DNA of 63,050 nt, filler included, from Octopus bimaculoides (GCF_001194135.2; 5 parts of 5 records of this genome joined end to end with filler, not necessarily neighbours in it); one strand, 5' to 3'; numbered from the whole stretch's first letter, positions 41,440 to 52,439 are shown. A program made the numbers and translations. The notes: generated by a model from the sequence alone, not told the origin.

Positions 41440-41809
41440 ATAAAGATAATTGAGAGAAATGGTGGTGAGAGGGGATGATAATGCAATTTGGAAAAAACAA
41501 GCATTGAAAAACAAAGAAATAGAGGTCAAGAGAGAAAAGGAAGAAAAGAGAAGAAGGTTTTATTAGCAGTGAATATCTGTCATTCACTATAATTGTGATT
41601 AAGAAACAAATATAAAATAACTACAAACTGGTGTTGAGAGAAAGCATTCAGCGTAAATTTGTTGCTCTCAAATGAAGTTGCTGAATCTATAGTAGTTAAT
41701 AGTGACCAGGGACAGTTTTCTGTACGAGAAACAGTTGTGAGAGATGGAAGAAAGCAGAATGTTTACTGGAAATACCAAAGACCAGAAGGGGCCACAGAGT
41801 GAGCATCCT

Positions 41810-42950
41810 CATCATCATCATCACCACCACCACCACCACCACCATCATCATCGTTTAACATCTGTTTTTCGTGCATAGATTGGGCATTTTGACAGGAGCT
41901 GGCCAGCCAGGGTGCTGTCCAGACACCAATTGTCTGTTATGGCATGGTTTTACAGTTGGATGCCCGCCCTAATGCGAATCATTTTACAGAGTGTTCTGAA
42001 TGCTTTTTTTGTACCACTGGCGCAAGTGTGTTTATGCAGCACCAGCACAAATACATTTTATGTAGGACCAGCACTTGTAAAGGACAAACATGTATGTAGG
42101 GATAACCATGATTTTAATTAGCTTGAAGTATCTTCTCAAGTACAGTAAATCACAACTCCTGGTCCCTTGTCATTTCCTTTTTGAGGCCCAGCATCTGATG
42201 AACCTTTCTCACCACTTCTTCCCACATCTTCCTGGGTCCATCCCTTCCACAGGTTCTCTCCACAATTAGAACTCAGCACTTCTTTACACAGCTGTCTTCA
42301 TCCATACACATCACATGACCAAACCAACACAGTCTTCTCTCTTGCACATAACATCTGATGCCTCTTATACCCTGTTTTCCTCTTAAATCATTTACACTCT
42401 GTTGTGTATGCACACTGACATTACCCATCCAGCAGAGCATGCTAGCTTCATTTTTTCAAGCCTTCATAAGTCCTCTGTAGTCATAGCCCATGTTTCAAAG
42501 CTATGTAGCATAGCTGTAAATGCACAGGCATCATACAATCTGCTTTTCACTCTGAGGGAGAGGCCCTTAGTTACCAACAAAGGTAGAAGTTCTCTGAATT
42601 TTGCCCAGCCCACTCTTATTCTAGCAACTATGCTTTCTTGATCACCTTGGTAACAGAAGCTATGTACTACTTCTAATGGTCTCCCCAAGCATTTGAGGAA
42701 GTCTATTGTCTGCACATTTTTAGTGCTTATTGTACCCTCACATTTGTCACACACAAAAACTATTTTCTCGGTTAACCTTTCTGTGATGCCATTACACCTC
42801 TTCTGTGTCCAAAGCTTGCACTGGGTACAACATATGGAGTTTCTACCAACACCCTTCCTACATATCAAGCATGGCTATCTCCCTGAAGGGACTTGTGATT
42901 TGTCTGTTATCCAACTTACTAGGACTTTGGTCTTTGCCAAATTAACCCTG
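41810..42950 (-). mobile_element. RTE-clade LINE 3' fragment (RT end with PHD-like Cys finger, 3' UTR, (GAT)n tail)
   Basis: RVNLAKTKVLVS..PCLICRKGVGRNSICCTQCKLWTQKRC..FVCDKC..EVVHSFCY..ARIRVGWAKFRELLPLL..RLYDAC. The 3' UTR carries the ttttacagttggatgccc stem-loop motif. Confidence 0.92.
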
Positions 42951-43550
42951 TGTCCAGAAAAAGGGAAAGGACTATTTGACTGGATCATTGGTCAGTGATG
43001 TACTGGTGAAAGTAATTCTGTTATGGATAAGACTGAAAGCTACTACCAAGATATTTCCCATCTGTTATTTAAAGATTCTAGGCCACAAACAGGCAAAACC
43101 ATCAGTACACCAGACAAAAGACTTAGCAGCTTTTCATCCGTCTTTACATTCTTAAGTTCTGGCAAGATTGACTTTGCCTTTCATTCTTTTAAGGTCATCA
43201 AAATAAAGACCAGTCAAGTACTGAGGTCAAAATAATGGACTTCCCTCTTACCTTAAAAACTGCTAGCCCAGTACCAAAATTTGAAACCCTTATTTAAAGA
43301 TTATAATGGACTTATGATTTTATGGTAAGAAAAATGTTTAATCTGTGACAGAAAACCAAAATATTCCAGAAACTACCACATAATTTCAGTTCTGAAACAA
43401 ATAAAGAACTTTGGTAATATGGATGATACAATTGACATCTAAGGAAGAAAGGAAGAATATTGATGCAATGAACATGAGATATGAAAGGATACATTTTACC
43501 AGACGTTAAATGATGATGCTGGTGATGATGATGATGATACATATGTATGC

Positions 43551-43584
<34 letters not shown>

Positions 43585-43594
<10 letters not shown>

Positions 43595-43946
43595 TTAATT
43601 AGAGCTTGTGTTAACCTCATGAAGGGCTGGTTTCCTCCAAGGAAATACTGGTTCAATACCTAGTATTTTGGGGGAATGAATTTCCTTGAAATAATCGGAA
43701 TATATAAAAACATACAGTTTATATTCATTTAAAAGAAGAAAATGGAGATTTGGAAGTTAATAATAAAAAATTAACTTCCCAAACGCCATTTTCTTCTTTT
43801 AAATGAATATAAACTATATGTTTTTATATATTCCTATTATTTCAAGGAAATTCATTCCCCCAAAATACTAGGTATTAAACCAGTATTTCCTTGGAGGAAA
43901 CCAGCCCTTCATGAGGTTAACACAACCGTTAATTAAATTTATATAT
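43585..43946. repeat. ~360-bp near-perfect palindrome (foldback)
   Basis: Arms 43585-43761 and 43770-43946 are reverse complements with about ten mismatches, around an 8-nt A-rich loop. Confidence 0.95.
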
Positions 43947-43947
43947 A

Positions 43948-44895
43948 AGAGAGAGGTTTGGAGATGCCACTATGAAAGGTTGTTCAATAAAGAAAATGAA
44001 TGAGAGAAAGAGAGTCTGCCGAATGTTGACCAACAGAGGGACCAGCTATCCGAGTTGACGGTACCATGGTAGATAAAGCAATTAAGAGTATGAAGACAGG
44101 GAAAGCCCTTGGCCCTTCAAGAATCACTGCAGCGATGCTCAAAATATCTGGCAGTGTCGGCTATAGCCTAGTCACCCGTATTGTTAACCAGGTGATACAC
44201 GAAGGAGTTATACCCAATGACTGGTGTAGCAGCACCATAGTCAACTGCTACAACGGTAAAGGTGACACTCTAGACACAAACAATTACAGAGGTATCAAGT
44301 TGTTCGATCAGGTAATGAAGGTCACAGAGAGGGTCATAGCCCAACTAATTAGGGAGAGAGTCAGTTTAGATGAGATGCAGTTTGGGTTCGTGCCAGGGAA
44401 AAGCACCACTGATGCTATATTTCTGGTAAGACAGCTGCAGGAGAAATACCTAGCCAAAGATAAACCTCTGTACCTGGCTTTCGTTGACATGGAGAAAGTC
44501 TTTGACAGGGTCCCCCGATCCCTTATCTGGTAGTCAATGAGGAAAGTAGGGACAGATGAATGGTTAGTGAGAGCTGTGCGAGCCATGTACAGAGATGCTG
44601 TCAGTAAGGTGAGGGTTGGCAACGAGGACAGTGAAGAATTCCGGGTAGAGGTAGGGATCCACCAAGGTTCAGTCCTCAGCCCCCTCCTATTTATCATAGT
44701 CCTCCAGGCAATAACACAGGAATTCAAGACAGGATGACCCTGGGAGCTCCTCTATGCTGATGACCTTGCTCTAATTGCTGAGTCACTATCAGAACTAGAG
44801 AAGAAGTTTCAGGTGTGGAAGCAAGGATTAGAATCGAAGGGCCTTAGAGTTAACCTAGCTAAAACCAAACTCCTAATAAGTAGGAAGGTAGACAA
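43948..44895 (+). mobile_element. RTE-clade LINE internal fragment, reverse transcriptase
   Basis: NYRGIKL..QFGFVPGKSTTDAIF..LAFVDMEKVFDRVPR..HQGSVLSPLLFIIVL..ELLYADDLALIAES..VNLAKTK, with two in-frame stops. Confidence 0.96.
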
Positions 44896-44899
44896 TCAC

Positions 44900-45040
44900 A
44901 TGTCAATTGTTGGCGAATTTTTCTCCTTCTTCCTTCTTTTCCTTTGGACATTCCTATTTTACCTGTTTCTGATGAAGAGCTACGCTTGAATTGTAAACCA
45001 ACAACTTTCTTCTTTCTCCGAATGTCATATTAATACGTTG
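44900..45040 (+). mobile_element. Penelope-like terminal-repeat fragment with inactivated hammerhead motif
   Basis: 44969-44995 reads CUGAUGA A GAGC-UAC-GCUU GAAUUGUA, where GAAACGUA is expected. Confidence 0.5.
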
Positions 45041-45130
45041 CTTGTGCTACATCGTCATGTTTGTTAGTTTTTCCTTTTACTTTTTCTCTGTTTTTTTAAT
45101 TGATTATATATGTATATATATATGTACGTG

Positions 45131-45196
<66 letters not shown>

Positions 45197-45798
45197 TATA
45201 TACATACATACATATATACATACATGCATCCATATATATGTGTAGGCATATGTATATATGTATGTATGTATGTATGCATGTATGATGATACTGATGATGA
45301 TGATGATGATGACGATGACAACGACCAGAACTTTGATGATAAAGATGAAAACAATGATGATCCTGATGATGAAAACAAAGGCAATTGTTGACAAAATAAA
45401 CATTGAAATACTGATCATTTAATTTATTTCTTGACAAAACACAAAAATAACTATTGAGAAATCACCACAATTGTCACTGTCATTATTATTATTATGAAAT
45501 ACAAGTATATTTATTGTGAAATACTTGTTATTTCACAATAATTAAATTACTGTTTAATTATTATTATTTCTTTAAAGGCATTCCTAGTAATAAGTACCAT
45601 GATTGTTGCACATCACAAAGTATTTAATTTGTCTGTGAAGTACTTGTTGTTATTGTAAAACAACAACAAGATATATTTCACAAATGGTGATTGTGAAATA
45701 CTCACAATAAAAATACTGTGATAGGTTTCCTGAGTTGCTTAACAATGTCAGTAGTTGGTTGGAGGTAATGAATGTGTTGGTGTAGACTTTGATCTTAC

Positions 45799-45924
45799 CA
45801 CATGTGGCCCTTAGAAAAGATTAGGGGGCACATGCTGGATGCCTTCAATGAACGGACCTAAGACAGAGCTGAGCCATTTCACCTGTTTTATGAATAGCCA
45901 GAAGTCAGCGTCTCCTGATTCATC
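45799..45924 (-). other. Candidate exon (126 nt), probably non-coding or UTR
   Basis: Acceptor ttatttatttcccAG and donor TG|GTAAGA. All three frames contain a stop. Confidence 0.22.
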
Positions 45925-46040
45925 CTGGGAAATAAATAACAACAACAACAATAATAATAATAAGGAATATAAAAGGAGGCATGATAGCAATACATATATG
46001 TGTGTACATATAATGTATGTATATATATATATATATATAC

Positions 46041-46086
<46 letters not shown>

Positions 46087-46110
46087 NNNNNNNNNNTCAA
46101 TATATATATA

Positions 46111-47410
46111 TTGGGTTGGCAACTAAGTTCCCGCCGTTTTTTTAAATTTAAATTTTTAAAAAGATTTAATAAAAAATAACAACTAATTAATCAATAATGT
46201 ATTCATTATTGTTGTTTACAACTTCTTCCCAACATTCAACAAGATTTTCAATATCTCGTTGGTAGAAATCACCCAATTTCGACTTGAAAATTTGATCCAA
46301 CTAAGCTCTCAATTCTGCATCAGTATTGAACAAAACTCCGCGCATAGCATTTGAAAAAGATCAAAAGAGATGGAAATCCATTGGTACCAAATCAGGAGAG
46401 TACGGTGGGTGTGGCAGTACTTCCCAGCCATGCATATTAATGGATTCCTTGATCATATTAGTGATATGAGGGCGGGCATTGTCGTGCAGCAGAAGAACTC
46501 CATGCTGCCAATTAGGTTTTTTTCTCTTGTATAGCCATGTTGAGTCGTTCTATCTATTTGAACATAGAGTTCCATGTTGACCATTTGGTTCCATTCAAGC
46601 AATTCGTAATAGATAATCCTTTCCCAGTCCCACCATACGCACAACATCATTTTACGCGGATGAAGATTTTGTTTCACACGCGGTGTCGCTTGTTTACCGG
46701 GGCTAAGCCATTCCTTACGCTGCTTCATATTGATGTACAGGCACCCTTTTTCATTACTAGTTACGATTCAGTAAAGAAATCGTTGCTTGTGTCCATGAGT
46801 TGAGCAGTGACGAGCAAGCAAACCAGTGGAGATTGTGGCTCGTTGATTTTTGTTATTGTCACTTAAAGCATGTGGAACCCATGCTCCATACTTCTGAACC
46901 TTTCCCATCGAGTGAAGATGCTTCTCTATAGCAGTGTAGGATCATTCCATTTTCTCTGCCAGTTCCCTTGTTGTTTGACGAGAATTTTCGTGCAAAAGTT
47001 GGTTTAATTGCTCTTCATCGAACTCAAATGGACAGCCAGAACAAGGTGCAGCTTTGAGGTCAAAAGTTCCTTTTTTGAACTTGGCATACCAATCACAAGT
47101 GGTTCCTTCAGCTATGGCACGTTCTCCATACACAGCACAAATGTGGCAAGCAGCTTTTGTGACCTTAGAACCTTGATTAAAAGCAAAAAGATGGCGGTGA
47201 AGAAAATGCTCATTTTACTAAACTTGATATTCCATTTTAATGATCTGAAAATAAACAAAAATTAACTAAAATTAACTAGAATAAAAAAACAAAATAGATT
47301 CTAAAATGATTCAAAAATAGAACTCTCAAAAAAAAAATAGATTCCAAAATTTAACAGCACAATAAATTCCAAAATTTAATAAAACGGCAGGAACTTAGTA
47401 GCTAACCCAA
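46111..47410 (-). mobile_element. Full-length (1300 bp) mariner transposon, transposase pseudogenised
   Basis: TIRs TTGGGTTGGCAACTAAGTTCCCGCCG / CGGCAGGAACTTAGTAGCTAACCCAA with TA TSD. Transposase 47235-46187 has WVPHAL, HDNARPH and YSPDL motifs, with stops and frameshifts. Confidence 0.96.
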
Positions 47411-47427
47411 TATATCAGTATATATAT

Positions 47428-47790
47428 TGTGGTGTGATGGAGGAAAAAGACAACAAGAAGCAAAAGGACAGAATGAAACGCTGGACCTTACCTTGTTGAC
47501 TGCAGCGGAGTAAACGATCGCTCCTGATCAAAACACGTCTTTCTCATAAGCTGTCTGTTTTCTGACTGCCCCCACGTGCTGGCCTTCGACCGCGTGTGTC
47601 CGACTTCCCATCTGACCCTTCCGGTCTGGCCCTTCCAGTCTGGCTTCACTTCTGTTTGCCTCATCTCTCTCCACCAACAACACACAGCTCATCACAGTCC
47701 ATAACACCACACGCCCCCCCTGATCTATAGATCATTCAACCGGCTCTCCCATTCACTCCTCGCTCCCGAACTACCTTAATTGGTTTCATA
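47428..47790 (-). mobile_element. Gypsy-type 3' LTR (47428-47711) plus PPT and a stub of internal sequence cut by a gap
   Basis: TGTGGTG...CACCACA inverted ends. On the minus strand the G-run AGGGGGGGCG directly precedes the LTR. Confidence 0.7.
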
Positions 47791-47890
47791 NNNNNNNNNN
47801 NNNNNNNNNNNNNNNNNNNNNNNNNNNNNNNNNNTTAATTAATTAANNNNNNNNNNNNNNNNNNNNNNNNNNNNNNNNNNNNNNNNNNNN

Positions 47891-47914
<24 letters not shown>

Positions 47915-47927
<13 letters not shown>

Positions 47928-49105
47928 TTTATTGAGATAGTATTTGGAAAATAAAGGTAAATATATATTTTGGAATATTAAAATGGTGTTTGAAACATAA
48001 CTGAAGACAGATATATATTGGGAAATTAAGGTGGTTTGTTGGGGAATTAATTAACAAAAGTCAAACATATATTGGTCTATTAAAATGGTGGTTGAGTCAT
48101 AAACAAAATATAAATATATAAACTGGTATGTTAAAATGGTACTTGGAACATAAGAAAATATAAATATATAATTTGGTGTTTTTAGAATGTTGCTTTGAAT
48201 ATAACTAAAGGCCGATATTTGGAACATAATAAAAGACTTATACATAGGCGCAAAAAAGCTACACGTTTCTATTATGTTATATATACAATAATAATAAAGG
48301 ACGTTACTGTATATATGTTTACAAACCAAGGACGATATATAGACCCCCTTGACTCAAGTTAGAGAAGGGGTGCGTATTATACACAAGGTTTAGGTTTTTC
48401 AGAGGTACAGCCGCCTTAAAATCCCCTGCGTATCATACTCAAGGGTGGAATATACTCGAGGATTTATGGTATGCTGCTGAAATCCACGACACACACTTCC
48501 AAGTGGTCGTTGGGTTGTAACTCAGATCCACGACACTTGTATGAGTGTCGTGGATTTTAGTAGCAACCCAATGATCACTGGAGAGTTTGCCAAAAATAAG
48601 GGTTTTTATAACTGTTCATACATGAATCCTAGAACCGTAACCCCGTGGAAGACTTCTTCAACGAAGTTCAAAATTCGTATATGGGCAGTAATTTTTAACC
48701 AATGAGAAATCAATAATTTCTCATGTTCAGGCAAACGAACCTACGTTCTCTCTCCACCTCTTATGAGTTTGCTACAGGTATATTAAAATGGTGCTTGGAA
48801 CATAATAAAAGATTTATATGGTATTGGTGTACTAAGATGGTGTTTGGTACCTTGGTAAAGAAAATTATATGTATATTGGTATATTGGGTTGGCATTTGGA
48901 ATGTAACAAAAGACATTAAGTACATTGGTACATTAAGATAGTGTTTGGGACATATATTGGTATATTAAGATGGTCTTTGGAACATAACAAAAGATAAATA
49001 TATATTGGTATACTTAGTTGGTGTTTGGGACAAAACAAATGGCAAATATATATTGCTATATTAAGATGATGTTTGGAACAAATTAACTGAAGATATTGGC
49101 AGAAA
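47915..49105. repeat. Diverged ~40-55 bp minisatellite in two blocks (47915-48245, 48775-49105)
   Basis: Consensus atatattggtatattaaRatggtgtttggaacataa recurs more than ten times. Confidence 0.7.
48295..48471 (-). mobile_element. Terminal fragment of a pogo/Tc1-like DNA element
   Basis: Ends with tatactcgaggatttatggta, the reverse complement of a TACCGTAAATCCTCGAGTATA-type terminus. Confidence 0.45.
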
Positions 49106-49205
49106 ATCATCCTGGGACATCTTAATTTGAATATGAAATCTTTTGTACAATCGCAACAGTGGTTAATCTCATGTTGGGTTTATAGCAATTTTGGAGAAAT
49201 TGCTA

Positions 49206-49423
49206 TCAGTGGAAGACGTTTAGTGTCAGAAGTAAAGCTGAATAAAATAATGTGATTGGCCGTTTCCAAATGTGACCACCCAGTGTCGTTGTGGCAGTGT
49301 TGCAACCATCCGTGTTGCAGTGGGTGTAGCAGAACTTTACGGTTTTATAGTCTTCCTTGCCGTAACTGCAGTTTTCGGACATTGGCAGGGGACTGCAGGC
49401 ACGGGTGAAACTTAGCTGTGTGT
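49206..49423 (-). CDS. Ly6/uPAR three-finger protein, terminal coding exon (C-terminal finger plus GPI-signal-like tail)
   Basis: Acceptor ctttcttctttctattccAG; (D)TQLSFTRACSPLPMSENCSYGKEDYKTVKFCYTHCNTDGCNTATTTLGGHIWKRPITLFYSALLLTLNVFH*. Has the CxxxCxxDxCN terminal motif and a hydrophobic C-terminus. Phase matches the exon at 52084-52254. Confidence 0.88.
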
Positions 49424-49804
49424 CTGGAATAGAAAGAAGAAAGTGTATATAAAAAAAATAACTAAAAATAAAAAATAAAAAATAATTAAGAAAATAATAA
49501 AAATAAAAAATCGAAAATAAAAATTAAAAAATTAAAAATAAGAAAGTGTATATAAAAAATAATAATAAAAAAAAATAAAAAAAGAAAATGGATATAAAAA
49601 TAAATAAAATAAAAAATAAAAATAGAAAAATTATAAAAATAAAAAATAGAAAATAGATAAAAATACAAAAGAAAATGTATATAAAAAAATAAAATAAAAT
49701 AAAATAAAAAATAAAAAATAATATACCACAATATATTGGTTTCTAATATTTCATTTTGTATAAAATATATTGATATGTAATAAAGATGAAAATAATAAAA
49801 TTTC

Positions 49805-49838
<34 letters not shown>

Positions 49839-49849
49839 TAATAATAATG

Positions 49850-49881
<32 letters not shown>

Positions 49882-50124
49882 CTTTGAAAAAAGAAATGAT
49901 AAGGCATTATTACTTTGACCAGTCAGCAATGAAATCTGTCAAAATGTTCTCCTTATAGAGTCTCCTGTTTGCAAGAGAAATAACAATGTTTTACGTCTGT
50001 TTATTTCCCGAAAGCAAAGGTGTTTATAAGCTATCTTCTAACTATATTAAAATTTATCTTGGATTTTGTAATACATGCTGACTGTCTGTAAAATATTTAT
50101 CAATTAGTTAATGATATGATATTG

Positions 50125-50500
50125 AAGGCGACGAGCTTGCAGAATCGTTAGCACGCCGGGCGAAATGCTTAGCGGTAGTTTGTCTGCCGCTACGCTCTGA
50201 GTTCAAATTCCGCCGAGGTCGTCTTAGCCTTTCATCCTTTCGGGGTCGATAAATTAAGTACCAGTGATACACTGGGGTCGATGTAATTGACTTAATCCCT
50301 TTGTCTGTCCTTGTTTGTCCCCTCTGTGTTTAGCCCCTTGTGGGCAATAAAGAAATAAGAATCGTTAGCATGCCGGGTGAAATGCTTAGTGGTATTTCGT
50401 CTGCCGTTACGTTCTGAGTTCAAATTCCGCCGAGGTCGACTTTGCCTTTCATCCTTTCGGGGGTCGATAAATTAAGTACCAGTTGCATACTGGGGTTGAT
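50125..50500 (+). mobile_element. Compound SINE, same architecture as 13655-14080
   Basis: Head 50125-50141, alternative-tailed unit 50142-50358, junction GCAATAAAGAAATAA|GAATCGTTAGC at 50358/50359. Confidence 0.92.
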
Positions 50501-50509
50501 AACGACGGC

Positions 50510-50518
50510 AGTGATGAC

Positions 50519-50550
<32 letters not shown>

Positions 50551-50730
50551 CGATGGTGGTGGTGGTAATTATGATGATAGTGATGACGACAACGATGATG
50601 ATGATAATGATGATGATGAAGAAGGCAGAGGCAGGGGCTGACGATGACAGCAACGATGTTGCGTCCTTTGCTGAAATGGTTGTTTCTGTGAAAACACACA
50701 CACACACATACACACACACACATACACACT

Positions 50731-50769
<39 letters not shown>

Positions 50770-50880
50770 ACTGACTGACACACGCACACACACCATGCAC
50801 ATACACGTGCACATACACACACACATACACACGCACATACACACAAACACAATCATAAACACGCACACACACATACACAC
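50510..50880. repeat. (GAT)n and (CA)n microsatellites
   Basis: Simple repeats inside the Ly6 intron. Confidence 0.92.
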
Positions 50881-51059
50881 AGAGCCGTGTTATTGATTTC
50901 TGTGAGAGTCTCAGAAATTCCTGCAAGTTCAATGGAACTGATTGATTTGGCAATAAAGACAGAATGGTAAACAGTCGACTTGAAAGAGTTCTCTGTGGCT
51001 CAGTCATGAAATGTCTGTCTGTTTGTCCTATGCTCAACCCTTATATTTACTCTACTGCC

Positions 51060-51610
51060 AACGCTGTTGCCACGACTGGACGCCTTCATCACAACCACTA
51101 CCGCCACCACCACTACAACTACAACCACAACCATGACCATGACCCACCACCACTACCGCCGTCACCACCACCACTACAACCACAACCACAACCACCTTCA
51201 CCACAACCACCACCACTACAACCACAACCACAGCCATGACCAATGCTGAGGCTATTAACACCATCATGAATATCACCACCACCACCATCACTACCACCAC
51301 CACCACCAAGACCACCACCACTACTACCATCACCACCAATACAACAACAACAACAACAACAACAACAACACCACTACTACCACCAACAACAACAACAACA
51401 ACAACAACAACACCACCACCACCATCACCAATACTACCATCACCACCACTACTAACACCACTACTATCACCACTACCACCACCACCACCACCACCAACAT
51501 CACCACTCCCACTACCACCACCTCCACAACTACCATCACTATCACTACTGCTGCCACCCCCACCGCCGCCACCATGACCATCACCACTACCACCACCATC
51601 ACAACCAGTG
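51060..51610. repeat. CAC/CAA/TAC low-complexity tract
   Basis: The poly-T/P/H/V ORFs here are repeat artefacts. Confidence 0.92.
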
Positions 51611-51611
51611 A

Positions 51612-52012
51612 GAACTGGTGAAATCGGATGGCAACACCAGGCTCCAATCTGATTTGGCAGAGTTTCTACAGCTGGATGCCCTTCCTAACGCCAACCACTC
51701 TGAGAGTGTAGTTTATTTATATATATATATATCATCATCATCATCGTTTAACGTCCGCTTTCCATGCTAGCATGGGTTGGATGATTTGACTGAGGACTGG
51801 TGAAACCAGATGGCTGCACCAGGCTCCAATCTGATCTGGCAGAGTTTCTACAGCTGGATGCCCTTCCTAATGCCAACCACTCCGAGAGTGTAGTGGGTGC
51901 TTTTACGTGCCACCAGCACGAGGGCCAGTCACACGGTACTGGCAACAGTCACCCTCAAATGGTGTATTTTACGTGCCACCGGCACAAGGGCCAGTCAGGT
52001 GGCACTGGCAAG
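51612..52012 (-). mobile_element. Two RTE 3'-UTR fragments (51612-51712, 51731-52012)
   Basis: tttctacagctggatgcccttcctaaYgccaaccac motif. The second copy has a (GAT)n tail on the minus strand. Confidence 0.85.
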
Positions 52013-52083
52013 TAAAGGATAAAAGATAAAACAGAAAATGGATTAAAGGAATAAAAAAATCAAAGAATTATGGAATATCTTAC

Positions 52084-52254
52084 CATTAATATATTCTGCA
52101 ACGGTGATGCAGTATTCATACTGCTTGTACTGTATGCACCGTTTGCTCTCATCATCGACGTGTAAGCAGTGTGTGCAATTGGTTGCAGGTGGAGGGTTTG
52201 ATTCACAATCAGGGGATTTCTCAGATGTGCACTGGGCACACAAGAGGGCCTCAC
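52084..52254 (-). CDS. Ly6/uPAR three-finger protein, internal exon (171 nt, phase 1-1)
   Basis: Acceptor ccttattttcAG, donor G|GTAAGA; (G)EALLCAQCTSEKSPDCESNPPPATNCTHCLHVDDESKRCIQYKQYEYCITVAEYIN. Has the LxCxxC start typical of mature LU domains. Confidence 0.88.
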
Positions 52255-52369
52255 CTGAAAATAAGGGGGGGGGAAAAAAAGATATAGTTATTTTGTTTTT
52301 TTTTTATTCTATTATTTCATTTGTCTTTCCTACCATTTTTTTCTCACTCTTTTATATTTTTAATTTTTT

Positions 52370-52408
52370 TTTTTCCTGATGAAGGACTCACGTCCGAAAC
52401 GTCAAGAT
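52370..52408 (+). ncRNA. Minimal type I hammerhead ribozyme-like motif (Penelope type)
   Basis: CUGAUGA (52376-52382), an extra A, stem II GGAC-UCAC-GUCC, then GAAA-CGU-C. Stem I is weak. Confidence 0.5.
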
Positions 52409-52439
52409 GCTTTCTCTTTCTCTTAAAACAATAAACTAA

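Noticed and set aside
41810-44895. Two RTE fragments arranged like a twin-priming 5' inversion (one ends where the other begins)
   Set aside because: The ~55-bp overlap is only about 70% identical, the copies differ in decay, and 1 kb separates them. They are independent insertions.
51052-51647. Long poly-T/P/H/V ORFs (and similar ORFs at 17160-17517, 25708-26082, 52436-52666 and all CA/AT-repeat ORFs)
   Set aside because: Open only because simple repeats lack stop codons. No domain signal or splice support.
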